A stretch of DNA of 52,093 nucleotides from Octopus bimaculoides (taxonomy: Eukaryota): contig NC_068990.1 of NCBI RefSeq assembly GCF_001194135.2, positions 93,708,911 to 93,761,003 of the forward strand, in the 5' to 3' direction. This document shows, piece after piece, positions 13,356 through 25,100 of the stretch. The translations under genes and the position numbers were made by a program. The notes under the pieces were generated by a model that saw only the letters and a program-made list of their open reading frames with translations, was not told the origin of the DNA and ran no database searches. Every line of letters begins with the position of its first letter. Position 1 is the first letter of the stretch.

Positions 13356-13819
13356 CGACGACTGTGGCATTATCTCCACTCAGTAATCTCTCTCCCTTCG
13401 TTACCCATTTTGTGTCCATACTCAGCAGTCCCCACCCAAACTATTCCCAGGTCTGCTTCCTCAGAATATTATCCTTCTGGAATTCCCTTTCCTACCCCTA
13501 TTAATTGGCTGCAATTCAAAAGAAAAGTTAAGATCGTCGATCTTATTAATCTCGGTCGGAAGATCTGCATTAGCCATTGGCATAACTCTTTCTGCCAGTC
13601 CGAAGCCAAAAAAAAAATGCCAATCAAGTACTGAATAACCAAACTACTATATACAGAGCCTATAAGAGCCCCCTCTTATAGGCCCTCTCTTACAGATGGC
13701 ACTAGCTGTCCGGCCCCTCCCCCCAAAATAGATTACGATGTTTTCAGATCAACACCAACATTTTAATAGAAATGTACAAAATCAGTCAAAAAGTTAGGAA
13801 ACTACTCTCATCTACATTA

Positions 13820-13980
13820 TTAACATTATTTACATTTGACGGATGCTTGTCCTCATCTTGTTTGTTGTTAACACAACGTTTCGGCTGATATACCCGCCAG
13901 CCTTCATCAGGTGTCTTGGGGAAATTTCAAACCTGGGTTCTCATTTCTAAGGTATTTTTCGATGTTATTACTATTATCAT
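13820..13980 (-). mobile_element. Penelope-like element terminal fragment containing a hammerhead motif
   Basis: Near-identical to 5950-6100; contains aacgtttcggct...ttcatcagg (minus strand CTGATGA..GAAAC) and an (ATT)n tail. Confidence 0.6.
13870..13915 (-). ncRNA. Minimal type-I hammerhead ribozyme motif (Penelope-type)
   Basis: GACAC-CUGAUGA-A-GGCUG(10)CAGCC-GAA-ACGU-U|GUGUU: core, helix II, palindromic helix III and helix I all present. Confidence 0.65.
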
Positions 13981-14809
13981 TATTATCATTATTATTATTA
14001 TTATTATTATCATCATAGATAATATAGGACTGCTATGACTCCTCTCGAGGGAATATGTAAATAAAGAAGAAGAGTTCCATAATTAATGGAAATATTGTGT
14101 TCAGCAAATTTAATTATGGAACTCTTCTTCTTTATTTATTATTATTATTATTATTATTATCATTCAGGTCATTGAATATTAGAGTTATAAGCCCTAAAAT
14201 TTCACTCCACAATTGCCCCCGACGATTGTTGTGAGCAATAAAGTTTGTTGTATATTCCATCTTCTGTCTCTATCATTTGTTATTTACTCAACGAACTCTG
14301 AGGAATTCCTGAGGCAGATCCAACAACTGTTGGATCATGTAGCTATATGCAGTGAACCTGCTTCAGCGGTTAACTATTAAGAACAGACCCAAGTATATAC
14401 TACATGAGAATTGGTTAGGAGGACTAAATCATACCATCATACGACTGTAAACTTTTTTCCGCTAATCGTTATAGGTGGTTTTGGAAGAACCAAATTTTGC
14501 ATGCTGGTTTCATTATTTTAAAACTGAATGAATGTAATTTCACTTCAGCCTCTTCTACATCCGACTTCAACTATTTTCAAATCACAGAAATTTCCGACAA
14601 CGCTGGCGTCCCCAAAATAACATTCGGGTTTGACTTAGTAATATGTGTGTGTGTGATTACGGGCTTAAAGCAAAAGTCCACAAAGGGTAAACGGAATTGT
14701 AACATGCCAACTAAATCGTGTTGAAAGAGTTTCCTCCTAAAAATTCAATGAATGACAAAGTGGAAGAACCAATGAAAACGATGCTGACAGACTAAACTAA
14801 GCGATGCTG

Positions 14810-14871
14810 GTAAGTGACCAATGAAAACATGCTTTCAGTGTGTACTAATCGATGTTTGTTTTTGTTAACAG
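14810..14871 (+). other. Putative 62-nt intron in the ATF6 5' leader
   Basis: GTAAGT donor at 14810, branch-like TACTAAT at 14843-14849, pyrimidine tract and AACAG acceptor ending 14871. Confidence 0.55.
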
Positions 14872-14956
14872 TCGTAACTAAGCGATAGTGTCTAATGTCT
14901 GACCAGGTTGGGAGAAGAACTTTGATGGAAGATTCTTTGGTTAAGCACACTACGGC

Positions 14957-15026
14957 ATGGCAACGACAAACTTGAGTCTCTCTGATCAATTTCTGGAGGA
15001 TAATTTCTTCCATGAAGATGAATTCG
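14957..15026 (+). CDS. ATF6: ATF6 coding exon 1 ([23 protein letters not shown])
   Basis: ATG in GGCATGG context; donor G|GTAAGT; resembles the ATF6 N-terminal FxxDNxxxxEDx activation motif. Confidence 0.85.
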
Positions 15027-16111
15027 GTAAGTAAACATTTGTTCAAGAGAACTTATTTTACAGACAGGAGAGAGAGAGAGAGAGACATCGTGTCTGTTCA
15101 CAAGACTCCACGCCTTCTTCTCGTTGACAAGGGAGGCTTCTGCGTGGTCAATCGGTTTGTTAGAAATAACAACATAATAAATCCCACAAATAATACTCCA
15201 CCATCCTTTTGACAAAATGTAAGAATGCACATTAAGTAATGTAGTCCTAGATGCCCCATTCTCCAAACCCAAATGACTAAATGGCCTTATCTGGAGTGGC
15301 TGTTGTTTATAGGTATTCTCGATCATGGTTGACCTACAGCTTTAAACTAGCAACACTTCGTTGTGTTGCTGGTATTAAGTTCAAGTACTCTGCATAGTCA
15401 GGGGAAAAGCTAGAAACAGCAATAAACTTACTCTCTGCCGTGCTAAATAAAAGAGGGAGGATACATTGAATAATGGTAGCCCTTTATACAGTGACTCAAA
15501 CATGTCCGACTGTGCTGACCTGGGTTAAATACTACACCCCGAGCATTTCTTTTAATTCACACATTTTATGATCAATCACAATCCCGCCCAATAACTTGTT
15601 TTCAAACAATGAAAATATTATTCTACTTCGTTTTTTATTCGTAATTCTTAAAATGCTGGGAGAGCCGGCTTGAGTTGTCCATTTCTTTTTTTTACCATTT
15701 CCAAACCGACCATATTTTAAATCCTGTTACGGTTAACGTTACTTTTACTCACGCTCTCCTTTAGTAATATAATCTGTAACCGCATTTCTGAGCCCGCTGG
15801 AGAGCCTCCACATAGTTGTTTGACATGCGAGAAATCTCTGTCGAGCCACACCCTTCTGCTTTTTTACAACACATTCGATGATGTAGTCATAATGATCGTC
15901 GCAGTATACATATTATTTTGTTCATGCTTCTGCTTTACACCCATCTGGAGTTACAGAATAACATCATGCCGTACAAATATTGATCTAAAAGTGTAACCTA
16001 AACAATTCTGAACCTATATTTTGAAACTAATTAATTTTGAAAATAGTAAAAATAATATATCTAACATAGAAAAGTTAAGTAAATTCTAGAGTAGACTTTA
16101 TAGTAGCTTAC

Positions 16112-16154
<43 letters not shown>

Positions 16155-19100
16155 TCCATCATTGGTTTAGTAGTCAAACAAATCGACCCTGTTACTTATT
16201 CTTATTTTTATAAGCCTAGTACTTGTTCTGCCGGATTCTTTATGCCAAACCGCTAAGTTACAGAGACGTAATCACACCAACACGTGTTGTCAGGCGGTGG
16301 TGGACAAACAAAGACACATGCACTTATATATACGATGAGCTTCTTTCAGTTTCCGTCTACCAAATCCACGGAATAGGCTTTGATTGGCCTAAGGCCATAG
16401 TAGAAGACACTTACCGAAAGTGCCATGCACTGGGACTGAACACGGAACTATGTGATNNNNNNNNNNNNNNNNNNNNNNNNNNNNNNNNNNNNNNNNNNNN
16501 NNNNNNNNNNNNNNTATATATATTACTTGTTTCAGACTTTTGAATACGACCATGCTAGAGCACCGCCTTTAGTCGAACAAATCGATCTCAGGACTTATTC
16601 TTTGTAAGCCTAGCACTTATTCTATTGGACCCTATTGCCGAACCACTAAGTTACGGGGACGTAAACACACCAACATCGGTTGTAAAGCGATGATAGGGGG
16701 ACAAACATAGACACACAAATAGAGACACACACATACGACGGGCTTCTTTCAGTTTCCATCTACCAAATCTCCTCACAAGCTTTTGGTCGGCCCAAGGCTA
16801 TAGTAGAAGACACAAGATGCCACGCAGTGGGACTGAACCTACAACCATGTGGTTGGGAAGCAAACTTCTTACCACACAGCCACTCCTGCACCTATATTCT
16901 TTTTTCTTTTTCTTCTCTGAAGTCCCAGTCAACTTGATTTTCAGAACAAATTTGAGTCACACCAACAACAAATACTCAGTTGTTATTCTTAAAAGTGCTT
17001 TAAAATAATAACATTATTTAACAAAAACATGACCTCCCTCAAAGACCCTGGCAAAGAGGATTGACAGCTTCCAAACCAGAGGCCTGAGAACTATCAAGAA
17101 CATCAGATGGTACCATTACATTTCCCTCAAAGAACTGCACCCTCCATCTCATAGCTATCTGTCACATGCGTTGGTACACACATGTCCTCTGTTCCCCACT
17201 AGATCATTCTACCAAGGCTTTACTCTCATTCAACACAGCAGTTGCAGGCTGGAGGACACCTTGTAACAGGCTCCACACCAGAAGTCACAATTTCACAGGG
17301 GCAAAAATTTAATGCTACATGACATACTCTGAAAAGCATAGCGTTGGTAACTTATAAGCGAAGGCGATGGGTCAGAGCCAATACACATTTCAATTTGTGC
17401 ACACTTTTCAATCCAATCCTTCTTTGCAGACTATGTCCTCCATGTAAGTCCCAACATACTGTAAGTAAGACCTGCAAAAATGAAATATATTTAAACATTA
17501 CAGAACTTCATTGTGGGTTCAAATAAGAAGGAAATCATATTCATCTTATGCATTAGTGTGTAGAAAAGGTGGGGGGAAGAGGGGGGTAGAAATGACAGTG
17601 AGAGAAAGTATTTCATTTTACTAAACATATTGCTTTTAATAACGGTTGAGTTTCTTTCTAATTTTCAGCTGCATTTCAAAAGAACACATCTTATCCATTT
17701 GATGATCTCTGTAGAAAAACTTTGCAGGACATTGAGGTGAGTCCATTTCCCTATCTTAGAAATCTTTGGTTTGGATGAGAAAATCCACAAATTATTCTAT
17801 TTATGTTTCTATAATACTTTTAAAAAGACTATCATGATTTTTAATTGTTGTGGAATTAACTCCATAGTGACATAACAGCTTTCAGTAGATAAAAGCAGGG
17901 GACATTTGGCAAAGGTCTTACAAGACTGGGGTCATCATGAAATGCAAGACAGAAAAATTGCATCTTCTTACCTATCTTTTGATTATCACTTTATAATGAT
18001 GTGACTGTTCTTGTATATCTACTTTTTTTTATCATTGTTTATCTTTGATGTCTTTTTTTTTTTTTTGGCAGATTTCCATAAATAGCAGTCCCATCCAGTG
18101 TAATCCTTTAACTGAAGAGGTCTGCTGGCATGATCTCAGTGATAGTTCAGACAGTGGGGTTCATGGTAAGTCAATGCTCTGGTTTGCCTCTTTCAAACAA
18201 TATGATGACAAGATTTTTCTTTTTATCCACAAACCCGTATAAATGTCAACTCGCTCTCTCTCAAAATAATTATTGTAGCGTATTTCTAAACATTTAGAAT
18301 GGCAGGATCAAGATAACTTACCTTGGTTTCACAAGTGCAAGAAAAGGTTGTTGTAGTACATCACAGAAATACAATGAATGTGAGATTAAGGGGTTGTACA
18401 ATTGGCCTCAAATCTTATCGAGGAGCATATTCTCATATTCCAGTTTATCTCATCAACCACTTCCCACACTCTTTTACTTGTTTCAGACATTTGACTGTGG
18501 CCATGCTGGAGCACTGCCTTTAGTCAAGCAAATCAACCCCATGACTTATTCTTTGTAAGCCTAGTACTTATTCTATTGGTCTCTTTTGCTGAACCGCTAA
18601 GTTACAAGACCCACAAACATATACATATATATATACATATGTACAACGGGCTTCTTTCAGTTTCCGTCTACCAAATCCACTTACAAGGCTTTGGTCGGCT
18701 CGAGGCTATAGTAGAAGACATTTGCCCAAGGTGCCACACAGTGGGACTGAACCCAGAACCGTGTGGTTGGTAAGCAGGCTACTTACCACACAGCGACTCC
18801 TGCACCTATGTGGATTAAATAAGTCATCATTTTCTAAGAATACTTCCCTAGGTAGGACATGTCTCACTTGTGCATTCCAGTTTTTGCATAGCTTCTGTGA
18901 CTGGATGCCCTTCCTAGCACCAATCACTGGATGTTTTATTATTTCACAGCTCGACAGGCCACCCCACTCATCCTAATCCTCATCTTCTTGTAATGTCCAC
19001 TTTTCCTTACTTCCATGCCTTTTGACAGAATTCATTGAGGCAAATTGTATACAGCCAGATAGATGCCTTTCCAGTCACCAGCTCTCATCTGTTTTCAAGC

Positions 19101-22100
19101 CAAGTAATATTTCCTCGTAACGATGCCAGGACATGGATACACATATACAAGTTCTTTCAGGTCCACTCACAAGGCTTTGGTCAGCTCAGGACTATAGTGG
19201 AAGATACTTGCCCAATGTGTCAAGCAGTGGGACTGAACCCCAAACCACAGGGTTGGGAAGTGAACTCCTTAACCACACAGCCATGTCTGCACCTAAATAA
19301 ACATAAAACAACGAATATAAAATTCTTGCTAATTTGTTTTTGCAATTATTATTTTTTTTTTTGTAATTATTAAATAATATTAAATTTTCTATTCAGGTGT
19401 TACTCTTAAACCGGAGCCTTTGTCACCACACTCTAACAGTTCAGATGGATCTGCTAATGATCTGGCTATCAAACAAGAACCATTGTCCCCTTCTTCAACA
19501 CCTGGCTCTGATTCTGGCATAGAAAGTTATAAACCCGTAAGTGATATCTTCATGAGCTTTATTTTTATTTCAAAACTTAAAAAGTGGCCATGATATCCAT
19601 AATTTAAGAATTGCCTGAAGTTTCTCTTTTTTTTTTTTTTTTTTTTTTTTNNNNNNNNNNTTTTTTTTTTTTTTTTTCTTTTTTCTGCCAGATAAATGAC
19701 CAGTTTCATTACCATTCTGATCTAAAGTCGGAATCAAAAGATTTTGTCCTCTCTTTTGTAAATCAGGCTAATGTCAATGTTGCAAATTCTGTAATCAACC
19801 CTGGCGTTGGCTCAAATCTGACTAACCCTTCAGTCATGCCAGTCATACAGAGAAATCTTCTTCCCACTCAGCCGGTCACCTGTCTCACCTCAATTCCTTC
19901 ACCAACACTAACATCATCTAACATTAGCACCATTGTAAACTCTAAAGTGAAGATTAAACCAAGAATGTCCGATGGCCAGAATCCTTTGACTATTTCCAAG
20001 ACCAGTAAGTGTAAAGGAAAATGTTTTACTATTTATTTTCAATATATTTACCATTGTTAAGGCAGCGAGCTAGCAGAATCGTTAATCTGCGTCAAATGTA
20101 AATAATGTACATAATTTCTCATCTCTCAAATATAGAACTGAAAGAGTGAATACAGCTTATGTTGAACTATCCTGAGGAGGAATATTGCAATATACTATTT
20201 GTTGTTTTTGTGTTTAACACCATAATGACAAAGTTGAATAAACTGTTTTAGAAGTTTAATTTAACATAAATGCTTCTCTTGAAACTGTCTTTAAATTTAC
20301 TTTTCAATTGATAGAACTGTTTCATTAAAAGGGAACCTTCATCTGGTCACTCGACTTGCTAGAAGTAGCTGTCAAGTCTCTTTCAAATTAATCCATACCC
20401 TCTTAAAAAGAATGGGCACACTGAATAATGCAGCTTTGGCTATACTGTGCTTGAGTATAAGACAGGATGGTCACTTCTGGAATGCCTTTGATCATAGATC
20501 TCTCAGTCAGGGCTTGCCTGGGGATAAGCAAAACAAGAAAGGGCTCAGTTATTATAACCCTTATTGCACGAATAACAACACAGACATTAACTATAGAAAA
20601 GAATGCTGAACCAACCCTGTAGAATGAAAGCACTTAGCTATAGATTTTAATTGCAGATGATTTTTGATTTCCTTGCTATTGTTAATTGAACAGATGGTGA
20701 ATGCTGGCCCACCTCGGTACCACCGCAGACTGCATCCAATGGAATCTCAGTACCAAACTACCAAGTTTGTTCTTCAACAGATCTTCAGCCACAGAATGAT
20801 GCAACTACAGTTACATCTGAATTTATTGACATGAATGGCACCAACCCTTTGCATTCCAACCTAAATAACAGTGTAAGTGAACAAATAATGCCCTGTAGGT
20901 CAATCAATCGATAGACATGCATTGATCTGATTAGATCCCATTTTACAAGGTGCTTCATCATCATTGTCATCATTTACTTCCCACTTTTCCATGCTTGCAT
21001 AGGTTGGACAGGATTTTGATGAGACAGATTTTTCTACCACCAGATGGCCTTCCTGTCACCAACTCTCACCTACCTCTATCCAGGTAAAGTAATATTTCCC
21101 TATGACCAGACAGATTTTCATGGAAGACTGGAAACAAATGTCTCTGCTTGTATGTTGGTGACACAACTATTGTTTAATGTCAATGCAAGAAGACAGTAAC
21201 ACACACATACACACACACACACATGTACATAATAAGTATGTGAGTCTCCTTGCCTTGACATCATGTGATACTTGTAAGTGAGTGTCACTAAACATACAAG
21301 CAGTGTCATCTGTTTCAAGTCTTGTATGAAACTCTGTCTGGTCATAGGGAAATATTAACCTTTCTTAGAAATGGTGATGGTTGGTGACAAGAAGAGCATC
21401 TAGCTAAAGAGAATCTCCCTCCACAAATTCCATCTGACCCCTGAGGATGACCTGGTCAGTAACCCACTGCCATCATCTCCATTTACAAAACTTTTGATAT
21501 TTCTGCCTCACCTGTCTTTCTTACTTTTTCCTTCTCCTAGACTTTCTGGATTGTTCCTTATCACACTAAAATAAAATAAAAAATTTGTAAGACTGTAAAA
21601 AAATATGTATTTTATTGAATATTCTCTCATTGATATTTGCTACCAAATGACCTGGTCTCATAAATTATCACTTATAGCATTTCTTATAACCCCTAACATT
21701 ATTTTTGTTAATTTTTTTATTTTTAAATATTTTACCCATATAATTTCTTTGCTTAAGTACCTGAGAGTTTATTTTTGGAGTTGTTGCTTTAAATAATTAC
21801 CATATTCAACATATTCTCAGTTACGCTTTCAACATTTTATTTGTGAAACCCAACTTTCAAAAATGTGATCGTGTCTCTTCTTCACCTTAAATTATAATTG
21901 TTTTATTGTTTACACAACTACCCTCCACTAGACTAATACAGATTCTCATTCATCCTCCTCACCACCATCATCATCATCATCATCATCATCATATGTCCAT
22001 TTCCCATGCTGGTGTGGGTTAAATGGTGCAGCAGGAGCCAGCAAGCCAGAGGACTTTGCAAAGCTCTATTGTCTGTTTTGACAGGATTTCCATGGCTGGA

Positions 22101-25100
22101 TGTCCTTCCTAATATGCCAACCACTTAATAGAGTGTACTGGATGTTTTCTTTATGTGGCACCAGCGAGATTATCAGGGAACTTTCAAGACAAAAAAAGCC
22201 CCTTAAGTGAGGGAGGTGGATTTATGTCAGTTAATGACATACCAACCTGTGTCTTCTGTACTCTCTCCCTCCCCCCCTCTCTCTCTATATATATATATAT
22301 CTATCTATCTATCTATCTCTACTTTCATGTTGTTTGCCTAATGCTGAAACATTATAAATACCCAATATCTGATGTCAGTGGAGAGTAGAATTGACAGTTT
22401 CTAGCTGATGGTATGTCTATCATCTCAAATGTGAAATATTTTCCTTTATTCTTTTAATGATTTCTAGTTCAAAGCATTAAAACGACAACAGAGAATGATC
22501 AAAAACAGAGAATCAGCCAGTTTATCACGGAAACGGAAGAAAGAGGTAGGTCGGATGTTATATCTAACTTCTAAAACTGGTTACACTTTATCTTGCTGTA
22601 ATGAATTCTAACCTGTCCCCTGTCCCCTTCCTACTTATTAACCATGGCATCTCCTTTCACTATTCACTGATGCTGTGTGATTTTAAACCTAAGTTTACCT
22701 CAGTATTTTGTTGAATGTTTATTTTTATTTCTTTTTCTCTTTTTGTCACTTTTCTACAAATCATGTTTTTCAATTCTGTCGTTCTTTGTTTTATGAGATG
22801 TATTCATAATATTCTCTTTTATAGTCCTAAATTTTATTGTAACCATCTTCATCTTTTTTGGGTTTTTTTTCTTTTTTTTTCCACAGTATCTCCAAAACTT
22901 GGAAGCAACTTTAAATGAATTCACCAAACAGAATGATGAACTTCAAAAAGAAAATCAAAAACTGAAAACCAAAATTTTCCTACTTGAATCTGAGGTATTG
23001 TTGATGGAAAAGTTTAAATTTCCAAACATTACACATTTTAAAATACTTCATCAACGTTCATTAGTACAAAGTTTGATGTCCATGACTGGGTTGTCTCAAA
23101 AATCTACATTTATATCTAAAAATTGTGCTGCTTTTGTTTTCAAATTGAGCTTTAAAAAATCTTAATTGGATCAGAATTCCTTTCTAAGATGTAACCTTTT
23201 GTTTGTTTGGGTTGTTTTTCTGGCTGCATTTCTTTTCTTAAGGTTGTCAGTATTAAAATAATAATATTCTACTTTTCTAATTTTATTTTCACAATTATCT
23301 CTTTACGTTGTTAGGTTGTAGCTAATCCTACGGTTAATTCAACTTACCTCTCACTCTGTCATCTTTCTCTCACCTTGTTTACTTCACAACCACGTGGTGG
23401 CAGGTGTCTTCTCTATGGCCTCACTTTGACCAACATTAATAGCCATCCTAGAGACATTTGTTTGTATATCTTTTGCCAATATATATCAACAAAAGATATA
23501 AACATTAGCAAGGGAATCAAGAAAGGGGATCCTTTCAAATAAAAATACCCTTTGTGGTATTTGTTCTGCACAGAGTTACAGACACTCTGAAATGTAGTGA
23601 CACAGTAATTAGTCTATTGGAAACCTGTTGTTTTTCATAAATCCTTTCATAAAGTAGAATATTGTCCATGCTAGTTAGTCTAAGCCAGAAGACAACCATA
23701 AAGAAGAAATCTCCAAACAATGTCTTCTTTTTTGCTTCTTTAAAAAAATGAGCTAATCTTGTCTTTAATGTCTACATAAAATTATTAAAAGTAAACAATT
23801 TAGCCATCTCTAAATAATTTTGTTCCACTTGTGTTCTACAGAATGCCAAACTGAAGAAATGTGTTCCTGTGTTAAGTAGCAAAAAGACATTCCTTTTGAC
23901 TATAGTTCTCATGTTAACAATGAGATTGGGACCACTCAGGTAAGAATATTATCTCACTTTATGAATGGAGTCTTTCATAAACGAAATTACTTCTATATTT
24001 CTAGATTATTAGGTTAAAAAAAAGTTGTATAATTAACTCCTGGTGTTCTTCTTGCTAGACTGAATTGTATTTTAATATGTAAATGTCTTGATGGAAAGAC
24101 ATCATTTTCAGACTGTTTTTCTTCAAAGCTTTACCACAACAAATGTATTTTGCTAAATGTTTCAGACAGACACTGCATTTGCAATGTCTTATTATGAGCA
24201 GATGAAGCTCTGTTTCAACATACAAGTTTTAATTGAAAACTCATAGAGAACAGAATTTAATTGCCTGGAATGGGGCACAACTGATTCGAAAAGACAAACT
24301 ATTTGGTATCATAACAGTTCTCATCCCAGTTTAGTCTATGACCAATCTGATTTTTACTTTACAGTTCAGTTTCAGTCCCGCTGTGTGGCATCTTGGGCAA
24401 GTAATTTCTATTATAGCCCCAGGCTAACCAAGCCTTGGGAGTGAGTTTTATAGACAGAAACTGAAAGAAGCCCATTGTGTCATGTGCCTGTATGTTTGTG
24501 TCTCCTTGCCTTCACATCCTCTGATAGTTGCAAATAAGTGTCACTGTCATACAATCAGTGTCCCTCACTTCTAATCTTCCAGTAAAATATATATCTGCCC
24601 TTCAGGAAGTATTACTTTGCTTGGGAACAGGCAAGGGTTAACGACAGGAAGGTCACCCAGTTGTAGACAATCTGCATCAATCAATTCCATCTGACTAATA
24701 AACAATCAGGACAATGAACGATGGATTTCTTTTCACTGTTAGAATGAACTGACTGACTCCTTCATTTAGATTTTTGGATATCGTTAAGGTGTTGGGTTTG
24801 TTGCTTGATGTCCTTCCCACCACTTGTTGCACAATAGGAGTGGAACTTGTTTGTCAGCTCAGTAGAGTTATGTATGTTTACCAAAGCACAAATAAAAGCT
24901 GTAGTTATAAGGTCTAAATCCATGACCATGTGACCAGTTGTCCCACATCTTAATATCACAAATTTCTGTACTTTGTTTTACCACCTTCAATTATGCTTAT
25001 TGAATTTAATTTTTTCCAACATTAAATTCATTTTCTTCTTCACATATACTTTCCTTTTGCAGTTACTTTTCTCTCAAAGACTCAAGTACTGTAGAAAATT

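Noticed and set aside
13158-13504. Poly-Ser/Met/Ile ORFs
   Set aside because: Translations of the (GGT)(GAT)(GAC) trinucleotide array.
14700-14960. ERSE/UPRE autoregulatory element in the ATF6 promoter
   Set aside because: CCAAT boxes are present, but there is no CCACG at N9 spacing and no TGACGTGG seen.
20641-20693. Alternative upstream acceptor for ATF6 exon 6 (TTGCAG at 20656)
   Set aside because: It would introduce an in-frame TGA, so it is not used in the model.
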